64,000 bases of DNA. Source: Hemiscyllium ocellatum (lineage: Eukaryota). Where the stretch lies: assembly GCF_020745735.1 (NCBI RefSeq), contig NC_083410.1:101890080-101954079 (forward strand), in the 5' to 3' direction. This document shows, piece by piece, positions 40,230 to 50,691 of the stretch. The position numbers and the translations under genes were made by a program. Below the pieces are notes generated by a model, which worked only from the letters and a program-made list of their open reading frames with translations, did not search any database and was not told the origin of the DNA. Within the stretch, counting starts at the first letter, position 1, and the number at the start of each line of letters is the position of its first letter.

Positions 40230-43010
40230 AGATTTCCCACTGGCAGGAAGGTGATTTAAAGTGAGTCTGCTTCAAAACCAGGAGCATCTGGAGTAAGATG
40301 GGTGAAGTTGCAGCATGAGTTGGCACCTGGGACTTTAATGTTGTAGCCATTTCGGAGATATGGATAGAGCAGGGACAGGAATGGTTGTTGCGGGTTCCAG
40401 GGTTTAGATGTTTCAGTAACAACAGGGAAGATGGTAAAAGAGGAGGAGTGTGGCATTGTTAGTGAAGAACAGTTTTACGGTGGCAGGAAGGACGTTTGAT
40501 GAGGACTCATCTACTAAGGTAAGAGACTGGAAAGGAGAGGTCACCCTGTTGGAAGTTTTCTATAGGCCTCGAAACATTCCAGAGATGTAGAGGAAAGGAT
40601 TGCAAATATGATTCTGGATATGAGCAAAAGTAACAGGGTAGTTGTTATGAAGGACTTTAACTTTCCAAATATTGACTGAAAGCGCTATAGTTTGAGTACT
40701 TTAGATGGGTTATTTTTTGTCCAATGTGTGCAGGAGGGTTTCCCTCCATAGCCAACAAGAGGCAAAGCCACATTGGATTTGGTAACCAGGCCATGTGTGA
40801 GATTTGAAGGTAGGTGAGCACTTTGGTGATAGTGACCACAATTTGGTTACGTTTACTTGAACGATGGAAAGGGATAGCTATATACCTCAGGACAAGTGTT
40901 ATAACTTAGGGAAAGGCAAATATGATGTGATTAGGCAAGATTTATGTTGCATAGAATGGGGAAGAAAACTGCTGGAGATGGGCACAATTGAAATGTGGAG
41001 CTTATTCAAGGAACAGCTACTTGGTAAGTATGTACCTGTCAGGCAGGAAGTGGTTGAGCAAGGTAGCCATGGCTTACAAAAGAAGTTGAATCTCTTGTCA
41101 AGAGAAAGGAGGAGGCTTATGTAAAGAGACATGAAGGCTCCATTAGGGCACTTGAGAGTTACAAGTTAGCCAGAAAGGACCTAAAGAGACAGCTAAGAAG
41201 AGCCAGGAGGGGACATGAGACGTCTTTGGCCTAGTAGGATTCAAGTAAAACCCTAAAGCTTTCTATAGGTATGTCACAAATAAAAGAATGACTAAGTAAG
41301 ATTGGGGCCAGTCAAGGACAGTAGTAGAAAGTTGTGTGTGGAGTCTGAGGAGATAGGAGAGGCGCTAATGAATATTTGTCATCAGTATTCACACTGGAAA
41401 AAGACAATGTTGTTGAGGAGAATACTAATATACAAGCTATTAGACTAGATGGGATTGAAGTTCATAAAGAGGAGATGATAGCAATTCTGGAAAGTGTGAA
41501 AATAGATAAGTCCTCTGGACTGGATGGGATTTATCCTAGTATTCTCTGCGAAGCTAGGGAGGAGATTGTAGAACCTTTGGCTTTGATCTTTATCTCATCA
41601 TTGTCTACAGGAATAATGCCAGAAGACGGGAGGATAACAAATATCGTTCCCTTGCTCAAGAAGGTAAGTAGAGACAACACTGGTAATTATAGACCAATGA
41701 GCTTTACTTCAATTGTGTGTAAAGTATTGGAAAGGATTAGAACAGAGAGGATTTAAAATGATTTGGAAAGGAATAATTTGATTAAGGATAGTCAGCACGG
41801 TTTCGTGAAGGGTAGGTCATGCCTCACAAACTTTATTGAGTTCTTTGAGGTGACCAAACAGGTGGACAAGGGTAAGGCTGTTGATGTGGTGTATATGGAT
41901 TTCAGTAAAGCATTTGATAAGGTTCCCCATGGTAGGGTATTGCAGAAAATACGGAGGCATGGGATTTAGGTGATTTAGCGGTTTGGATCAGAAATTGGTG
42001 AGCTGAAAAGAAGACAGAGGGTGGTGGTTGATGGGAAATGTTCATCCTGGAATTCAGTTACTAGTGGTGTACCACAAGGCTCTGTTTTCAGGCCACTGCT
42101 GTTTGTCATTTTTATAAATGATGTGGATGAGGGCGTAGAAGGATGGATTAATAAATTTGCAGATGACACTAAGATCGGTGGAGTTGTGGGGAGTGTTGAA
42201 GAATGTTGCCGAGTTGTGAGCAGTGCCGAGGGACATAGCTAAGCTGCAGAGCTGGGCTGAGTAGTGGCAAATGGAATTTAATGTGGAAAGGTGTGAGATT
42301 ATTCACTTTGGAAGGAATGCAAATTACTGGGCTAATGTTAAGATTCTTGGTAGTGTGAATGAGCAGAGAGATCTCGTTATCCACATACATAGATCCCTGA
42401 AAGTTGCCAACCAGGTTGATAGGGTTGTTAAGGCGGCATACGGTGTGTTAGCTTTTATTGTTAGAGGGATTGAATTTTGGTGCCATGAGGTTGTGTTGCA
42501 ATTGTATAAAACTCTGGTGTGGCTGCACTTGGAGTATTGTGTACAGTTCTGGTCACCACATTATAGGAAGGATGTGGAAGCATTGAAAAGGGTACAGAGG
42601 AGGTTTACCAGGATTTTGCCTGGTATGGAGGGATGGTCTTATCAGGAAAGGCTGAGGGACTTGTGACTGTTTATATAAGAGAGACTTAGTAGAGACATAC
42701 AAGATGATCAGAGGATTAGACAGAGAGAGCCTTTTTCCTTGAATGGTGATGGCTAGCATGAGAGGACATAGCTTTAAATTGAGGAGTGATAGATATAGGA
42801 CAGATGTCAGACTAAGTTTCTTTACTCAGAAAGTAGTAAGGGCGTGGAACACCAGCATCAGTGGTAGGCTTTCCAACCTTAACGGTATTTAAATAGATTG
42901 AATAAACATATGGATGATAATGGAATAGTGGAGGTTAGATGGGCTTCAGATTGGTTTCACAGCTCGGTGAAACATCAAAGGCTGAAGGGCTTGTACTGCA
43001 CTGTCATGTT
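40230..43010 (+). mobile_element. CR1 with nearly complete, decayed ORF2 (EN + RT) and tail
   Basis: EN start (...VVAISE.W), DFNFPNID, GDSDHN, YMDFSKAFDKVPH, KFADDTK, LEYCVQFWSPH; tail at ~43010. Same family as 60-1803. Confidence 0.93.
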
Positions 43011-43011
43011 C

Positions 43012-43285
43012 GATTCCAGTTCCACCTCTGCTTTAGACTAAATGGCGTACCGTAGCGGATGCACCTCCAGACTCGGTGGATGAACATCTGACTTCAGCAG
43101 TATTTTAATTTCAGCTCCTTCCATTTCCACCAGGATTCCTGTGAAGTCATCTTTATACTTGTCCAGGATGTCTTATAAACTCCTGCTTGAGTCCGTTCCA
43201 ATTTTTGTAACCAGGCATATCTGGTTACCAGACAAATGCAGGGTTTTTTTTGCCTTTTACAACGTATAGTGGTAATTCTGGACTT
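43012..43285 (-). mobile_element. Gypsy pol remnant (protease/RT junction)
   Basis: Minus-strand LPLYVVKG...ILDKYKDDF...MEGAEIKILLKSDVHP...PLRYAI.SKAEVEL. Confidence 0.65.
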
Positions 43286-44090
43286 GAATCTCTTAAATTC
43301 ATTTGTGGGATGAGGGCGTCACTGGCTAGGCCAGCATTTATTCTCCATCCCTGATGATCCAGAGGGCATTTAAGAGTCAACTATATTTTTGTGGGTCTGG
43401 AGTCACATGTAGGCCAAATGCAGGTAAGGATGGCATTTTCTTCCCTAAAGGGCATTCGTGAATCAGATGGGATTTTCTTGACAAAATGTTATGAAGATAG
43501 AAGGGGTACTATAATTTAAGAGAGTTGAAGGACTTAGCAAGCACACAGAGTGCTGGAGAATTTACAATGTAACATTTGGTCCAGCAGCTAGCAGTACCTA
43601 GTTGCTATGAGACCAAAACAAATTCAAATTCAGCCAACCAGTTTAAATTATGCCTCATGATACTTACCTCCAATCAAGTTTAAATTTGGTATTTTGACAC
43701 AATTAAAACCAGTGAAATGCTCTGATGCTTTGGGGTGTAAGTCCAGGATAAAAAAAATTGAGCAATTGGAGAACTGCCAAGCTCCCAACATATGCAGACT
43801 GCCCGCAGAATAACTCTCATAAAGGTACATTTATCTATCAACAACCTATGGAACAGAAGTCCAAAGAAGAAGACAGAAGAAGATATAAAGATAAGATTTG
43901 ACAGCTGGCTGGTTTTGAATTTTTTGGTAAATCTTAATCAGGGGTTTTTATCAGACCGGTATTAAAGAATGGTAAGTAAAAGATAGGTTTGAGAAAGGAG
44001 TTGTAACCAGTTGTTAGTTAACTATTCTCTATTAGACTGTCAAAGAAAAAAAAGTTGTTAATTTTTTAAATAGTGACCTTTGGGTTGGTT

Positions 44091-44480
44091 ATAGAGTCAT
44101 AGAGATGTACAGCACGGAAACAGACCCTTTGGTCCAACTCATCCATTCCAACCAGATATCCCAACCTAAGTTGCCTCTTAGGTCTCTTTTCTATCTTTCT
44201 CCTCCCACCTTTAACCTATTCCCTCTAGTTCTGGACTCCCCATCCCAGGGAAAAGATTTTGTTTATTTATCCTATCCATGCCCCTCATGATTTTATAGAC
44301 TCTAGAAGGTCACCCCTCAGCCTCCGACACTTCAGGGAAAACAGCCCTAGCTTATTCAACCTCTCCCTATAGCACAAATTCTCCAACCCTGGCAACATCC
44401 ATGTAAATCTTTTCTGAACCCTTTCAAGTTTCACAACATCTTTCTGATAGGAAGGAGACCAGAATTGCATGCAATATTCA
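44091..44480 (-). mobile_element. CR1 3' fragment with internal deletion
   Basis: atagagtcatagag tail at 44091; minus ORF MQFWSPSYQKDVVKLERVQKRF. Confidence 0.92.
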
Positions 44481-44834
44481 ACCTCATTGATCCTGCCAGC
44501 AGCATATGCTTGTCTTAAAAGATTAAGCTACGCATGTCTAAGTACAGTAAAACTGCAAATGGCTCACTAAATCAGTTATGGTTCCTTTGATTGCTCCAAA
44601 TGTTACTTGGTTAACTGTGGTAATTCTAGAGCTAATTAATGCAAACGAGTGCTGACCTATGCAGGGATGCATGCATTTTCATCAGACCAAACCAATCCAG
44701 GCTCACCCAGCAGCTTTGGTGACTCTAGATAACCTCTGGCAGAGCGCAAGTCCTCATGATGGTGACGTCTCATTCGAATGTCTGGCCTATCAACATTTGA
44801 TGGCACTTTCTGTGTCTACCATGGTGACCACAGG
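44481..44834 (+). pseudogene. 18S rRNA 5'-end fragment (degenerate)
   Basis: acctcattgatcctgccagcagcatatgcttgtc...aaatcagttatggttcctttg...ggtaattctagagctaat...ctttggtgactctagataacctc...ctaccatggtgaccac follows the start of vertebrate 18S, with CpG decay and small indels. Confidence 0.93.
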
Positions 44835-45199
44835 ATAGTTCTTGACTTCTCAAATTTTAACAGATTACAGAATAGGTTAAATAGTGTTGCTGGTTTAAAT
44901 TAGCGGGGGGCGGGGGGGTTTACACCGTGTCGTAACAAATGGCAGTGGTTTCATGGTCAGTAGAGCTCTTAATTCCAGATTTTCATTAAGTTCAAATTCC
45001 ACCATCTGCTGTGGCACGATTCAAACCTGGGTTCCCAGAGCATTACCTGTGTGCCTGGATTGACAGTCCAGAAATAATACCATCAGGCCATTTCCTCTCC
45101 ATTGTTCCATGTATTTCTGTAGCATAATCTTGGCAGACTTCAATGGTAGTGCACTTTATTTCTCCCTGTAGATTGATTTGAGATTAGAAAACCACAAGC

Positions 45200-45692
45200 A
45201 AAACTAATGTCATTTACAAAATACTGTGCAAGAATTGTAACAAACACTACATTCGACAACAAGCAGAAAACTGGCACAATACATGAACATCAACTAACCA
45301 CAAAATGACATGACTCTCTCTCACTAATATCCTTACATACAGATAAGGAAGGACACCACTTCGACTGGGATAACACATTCATCTGAGGACAACCCAAACA
45401 GAGATACGCACAAGAATTCCTAGCTGCATGGCATTCCAAGCAGAATTCTATCAACAGACACATTGACTTGGATCCCATTTACCACTCCCTGAGAAAAAGG
45501 ACAGGAAATGACATCACCAACCCTAGGAAACTCAAACCTATGAATAAAAAGCTGACTACACCACCAGTGCTTCATTCGGAGGCTCACTGAAGATGTTACC
45601 TAGCATGTTGACAAAACGTCCCTTTCAGCTCAGCAAGCAAACCTACATTCAGAACCTCAACCTGAGCTGCAAATCTCCTCAAAACTCACTAA
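45200..45692 (+). mobile_element. Penelope-like element 3' end (GIY-YIG) with decayed hammerhead
   Basis: HEHQL...HHFDWDNT...EFLAAWHS...INRHIDLDPIY; CTGAAGA-tgttacctagcatgttgac-aAAA-cgtc at 45587-45620. Confidence 0.78.
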
Positions 45693-45837
45693 AACCACTT
45701 CCATCTTTACTTCTTTAATTTGGGAAGGACCCAGAAATGACCAGCTTCAGCTGAAACTCTACAAACTGTGTAATACGTCCCAGCTGGCAACATGTACCCA
45801 GAGAGTAGGGGTGTCTAGCAGGGAAGCTCCTGTACCT

Positions 45838-46040
45838 ATGTTAAGAGTCAGCCACGTTACTGTGGGGTCTGGAGTCTCATGTAGACCAACTAAAGACAGC
45901 CTTTTCTTAACCCAAAAGGACATTGGTGAACCAATTTGTTTTTCTCTCAGAATGGAGAATGGTTTCATTGTCAGACTCTTAATAATTGCAGATTTCCAAA
46001 TTCAAATCCCACCATTTGCCAACGCAGGATTCGAACCGTC
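45838..46040 (-). mobile_element. tRNA-derived SINE (second family) abutting the GZF1 CpG island
   Basis: ttaagagtcagccac...ggtctggagtc...gactcttaat...ccaccat...ggattcgaacc. Confidence 0.8.
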
Positions 46041-46059
46041 TTTCTATATTCATTGACAG

Positions 46060-46720
46060 TTAACCGCATTGCTAGCAAGTGCGTCTCTAAACCTCACCCA
46101 ATCGCCGGCAGGGGGCAAAGGGCGAAACGCAGGCGCAGTGAGGCCTTGGTTTTGACGGGCGGGGCGCGGTGCGGTGAACAGGCGATTGGGAGGCTGCGCT
46201 CAACTGCGCCTGCGTCGCGCGGAAGGGCCGGCGTCTGTGCGCAGGAGCGAGGGGAGCGCGAGGCGCGGCCGTTTGGCTCGGTTTGACCCCGACAGTTGGT
46301 GCGTGAGCGCGCACGCGCTGCTGCGTCGAGCCGTCCCCACCTCCCCCGGAAAGCTCGCCGCCTGCTCGCGCCGAGGGAGAGGGGCCCAGCGCGAGAGGCG
46401 TCCGATGGCGACCTAGAGCCCGCTGGCCCGCGGGTGGGGGGGGAAGGAGGTGTTTGGGTGTGGGGGGAGGAAATCCACCGCCTTCCCCCTGCACCACCCC
46501 CCGCCCAATAACTTCCATATCTACACACAAGCACCCCTCTACAAGTCTTCACACTGCCCCGGGCCGTCGGAGACCGAGGGAGCCTGAGAGCAGGTCAGTC
46601 TGTCCCCGGCGGGGGAGGGTAACGTTTTCCCGTTCGGGAGGTGGGTTTGGTGGTATCTCCCTTCCCTTTCGGGCTGAGGGCAAGTGAAGCCTGGGCCCTG
46701 GGGGAAGGGCTGGGGGGACA
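46060..46720 (+). promoter_or_regulatory. GZF1: CpG island / GZF1 promoter and non-coding first exon
   Basis: The only strongly CpG-dense region in the window. Contains a GC box (gggcggggc ~46157), CCAAT boxes (46098; reverse at 46185), NRF1-like GCGCCTGCG motifs, and a donor CAG/gtcagt at 46593/46594. Confidence 0.8.
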
Positions 46721-46924
46721 CTGTGACAGCCTAAGGGGCAGTGGTCGGTGAGGCATTGTTGTCCGAGGGCGGACAGGTGGGGGGAGGGACGGAGTAGCAA
46801 AGGCGGCCATTGGGATTGGAGGAACTCAGTGTGGGGGAGGGGTGTGACTGGGAGTGTCGGGGTGGGTTTGATTGGGGGAGTGTGGGGATGTGACTGGGAG
46901 GGTGGGGGTGGGGTGTAATGGGGG

Positions 46925-47225
46925 CTATGTGGACTGTGATTGGTGGGGGGGGACGTGGGGACTGATTGGTGGGGGGGGACGTAGGGACTGATTGGTGGGG
47001 GTGTTGGACTGTGATTGGTGGGGGGGACGTGGGGACTGATTGGTGGGGGTGTTGGACTGTGATTGGTGGGGGGGCGTGGGGACTGATTGGTGGGAGTGTT
47101 GGACTGTGATTGGTGGGGGGGACGTGGGGACTGATTGGTGGGGTGTTGGACTGTGATTGGTGGTGGGGTGTTGGACTGTGATTGGTGGTGGGGTGTTGGA
47201 CTGTGATTGGTGGTGGGGTGTGACT
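46925..47225 (+). repeat. G-rich minisatellite (~22-26 bp units, core ggact(gt)gattggtgggg), followed by poly-G ~47336-47368
   Basis: 12 copies of TGATTGGT counted by eye. Confidence 0.92.
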
Positions 47226-49969
47226 GGGGGGGGGTGTGACTGGGCGATGTGTGGGGTGTGACCAGTGGCTGGGAGGTGATGGGAGTGGGATGTGACAGTG
47301 TGTTGGGGTGGGGGATGACTGGAGGTGGAGGTGGAGGTGGGGGGGGGGGGGGGGGGTGGGGGGGGGGTTGTGTGTGAGGGATTGTGACCGAGTACGAGGG
47401 GGCAGGGGGTCACGACCGAATGTGTGGCGGGTGGTGAGTGGGGTGTATAGGGATTGTGACTGTGTGTGGGGGTTGGCTGCGTCAGAGCATTTCCAATTTT
47501 TTTTGTTTTGTTTCTTTGCCATCACAGTGTTGGAGAGTGAACTTAACTCAGTTCTCCCTCCCCGCATCGTTCGCATGCCATGGCACTGTGGGTGGATATA
47601 AGGTACGGAAAGAGCCTCTGGTCCACCCCAGCCCCAGGGTCGATTAAATGAGGTGCCCGTGTTCTCTGACCCACCTCTTACCCTGTACCAAAGCCGGTCT
47701 GTTTTTGCAGTAGACAATTTTTCTTGTCGACATTCTGCAACATCCTAATTCCCTGATCCCCACTGTGGCAATTACATTAGAACAATTCCAAAAGATTGTT
47801 GTGCCTTGTCATTCTCTGGGGTTCTGTACCAGGGTGACCTCTTCCAGCTGAGGGACACAAGTCTTTGGGAGAAGTACCTCCTTCCTTATGTATTGATCTC
47901 TTGCCAATTTTGACCACCTTCCGGCTGTCCTTTAATGTCTGTTAATCAGGGCGAATTGCTAAGTTAATTGCAAACCTCAAGGATCTCTACCACCATTCTC
48001 CCAATCTCTGCTTTTATAAAGTTGGTTAATTAAGATGTTTTTTCTTTAAAAAAAGTTTAAGAACCTTTAAGAAGTGCAGAGTTGCTAGTATCAATGTAGC
48101 ATCTACTTAATCCTTTTGACATAAAGCAGTCTGACATGAGGATGACTTGATGTATAATTGAACGTTCAGCAGTGAATATATATAGTGTGTGACATTCAAA
48201 CTAGCTAGTTGACCATTAAGCTCCTCTGAATCAGTAAGCTTTGGAAAATAATATTCTATAGATTACCATTTTTTAAATTAAAGATGTCCTTATTGCCTTT
48301 ATAACAAAAACTATGTTGGAAACAAATATTTTGCTTAAATCAGTTACCTAGTTTGCTGTTCTACCTAACTATCAGGAATTTCTAAGAAGGTGTGCATGAT
48401 GAGACCACAAAGCCCCTCACACTTGCCACATCATTCAGTGCGATCATGGCTAAACTCTTTCTTGAACTCTGTTGTCCAACCCTATTCCATGCCCTTTTAC
48501 TTCCTTAGAAACCAAAAACTATTTGTCTCAATTTTGAACAAAATAATTAACTGGTCTCCAGAGCCCACTGAGGTGGATAATTCAAGAAATTTGCAGCCCT
48601 TTGAGCAAAGAAATTTCTTGTCTCAGAAGGGAATTATTGTGCTCCATGTCCCAAGACTGTAGACTCTTTCTAGCCGGGGTCCCAAGCTCAGTGCTGTCAA
48701 ACACACTGCAAATCTTACATATTTGAATGAGATGATCTCTTACCCTCTCATACACCAGAGAATAAAGATCCATTCTACAGAATTCCTAGTAGGACAATTA
48801 CTGCAAGTATCAATTAAAATTTGACTAAAATACGGTATTAGAAATCCTTGGTATATTTCAATGAATTGCAACAGAAGTAATTAATTTCATTTTCATTAGA
48901 GCAGAATTAAATTAATGACATTATTATATAATATATTGTAGAATTTACCCCAAGCAGTAAGCAAGTTGGAAATAGTTTCATTGCACTTGGCATTAACATG
49001 TGTTTTCATTACAAACCTCTTCCTCAAATTTTTAACAAACAGTTTTAACAGTTCATGAATCTGACAGTTTTCTAAATCCACCAGTTTTTGTTTTGCTTTA
49101 TATTTTTTCACATTTTTATCTGATCATCCTCCAGGATGATTCTTCAAACTTTTCTATGATTTTATATATCCCATCTTAGGAGCCTCCACTATTTCAAAAT
49201 ATTGAGAAAACTGAGCTGTTCCTACAGTGTGATTTTTTTAGTAAGTTTACTTTTTCTGCAGACAAACTTGTATTTGTGAAACTAATAATGTTGTTTTTCC
49301 CCATCAATAATTCTCAATACAGGCACTCCTGAACTGCAGTATGCTGAACAACATGCCTCTACCTTTATAATGCCCATTGCTAAATACTGCTGCAAAGTAC
49401 TGTGTACATGAAGGACATGAAAACTTTCTAGCTATGGCAATTGCAACTTTCTACTCATCCCAAGGCTATAAAGTATGAAACAAAACAGCCAATCAGCCCA
49501 TTAAGTTTGTTCCTTTCATTGAAAGCTCATGATCCCACCTACATAGGAATCAATTGGCTCACTATTGAAACATAATATTTGTTGCAATGTGTATTTACCT
49601 TCCTGATTAACCACTGAAATTTTAGACAAAGTCTTGTGTAAGTTATTGCACAGATCGTTGAATTATGTCCTGATTTGAATCATCTTCCCAGGAGGAACTT
49701 AGATTCAGTTTGTTTTTGTTCCTGTATCTGGGGAATTGCTGTTCCATGCATGCAAGACTGACATTTGAAACTCCTTGTGAATTTCATTTTTGGGTCCCAT
49801 CCATTTGTTGAATGTAGACATGCCATTCTGTCCTCAGGTAGCATGATTTACATAAGTACTGTCAGATCTCGAAAGGTAATCTGGTAAAACTTGAACAGTT
49901 AACTTATTTCCACATATGTGCTATTGAAGACAATTTTGCTGGTCCACAATAGATAACACTCATTAAAGT

Positions 49970-50691
49970 CACACAGTAACCGTCATCGAGAAACAAACCC
50001 TTCGGTCCAACTTGTCCATGCTGACCAGATATCCTAACCTAATGTAGTCCCATTTGCCAGCACTTGGCCCATATCCCTATAAACCCTTCTTATTCAAATA
50101 TCCATCCAGATGCCTTTTAAATGTTGTAATTATACCAGCCTCCACTACTTTCTCTGGCAACTGAACACTTGATGATAAGGTCCTGGGAATAAATAGACCT
50201 TGGAGTGCAGATTCATGGTTCCTTGAAAGTGGAGTCGTAGGTAGATAGGATAGTGAAGCAGGTATTTGATATGCTTTCCTTTATTGATCAGAGTATTGAG
50301 TATAGGAATTAGGGGGGTCATGTTGCATCTGTGTAGAAGATTGGTTGGGCTGCTTTTGGAGTGTTGCGTGCAGTTCTGGACTCTCTCCTGTCAGAAGGAT
50401 GTTATGAAACTTGAAAGGCTTCAGAAAAGCTTTGCAAGGATGTTGCCAAGGTTGGAGGATTTGAGCTTTAGGGAGAGGCTGAACAGGCTTGGGCTGTCTT
50501 CCCTGGAGCATTGGAGGTTGTGGGGTGACCTTACAGTGGTTTATAAAATCGTAAGTGGCATAGATAGGATAAATCAACAAAATCTTTTCTCTGGAGTGGG
50601 GTAATCCAGAACTAGAGGGTTTGGGTTTAGGGTGAGGGAGCAAACAAATTTAAAAGGGGCTTAAGAGGCAACCTTTTCATGCAGAGGGTGC
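49970..50691. mobile_element. CR1 with internal inversion (3' end on -, 49970-50162; upstream part on +, 50164-50691)
   Basis: The two pieces are adjacent parts of the CR1 3' region in opposite orientation. Confidence 0.85.

Larger units (their letters stand above)
43487..44937. mobile_element. Putative solo LTR (~700 bp net) carrying the CR1/18S insert
   Basis: Starts TGTTATGA and ends TCGTAACA (7/8 inverted match, TG...CA), exactly interrupting the SINE. TSD not clean. Confidence 0.7.
43303..45100 (-). mobile_element. tRNA-derived SINE (second family), split into 43303-43486 and 44938-45100 by a solo LTR
   Basis: The two halves join into the same sequence seen contiguous at 45838-46040; the head carries B-box-like ggtttgaatc on the minus strand. 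Confidence 0.8.

Noticed and set aside
44481-44834. Functional 18S rRNA gene
   Set aside because: Only ~350 nt, with CpG decay and indels, and no ETS/ITS context.
46203-46220. GZF1 autoregulatory site
   Set aside because: TGCGC is present but lacks the TATA half of the GZF1 element as I recall it; NRF1-like is the better fit.
46925-47225. CRISPR-like repeat array
   Set aside because: Eukaryotic context, no unique spacers, no cas genes; it is a minisatellite.
46731-47717. 328-aa Pro/His/Thr-rich ORF on the minus strand, and overlapping ORFs at 46087-46810
   Set aside because: Produced by the G-rich minisatellite and the stop-poor CpG island; no domain signal.
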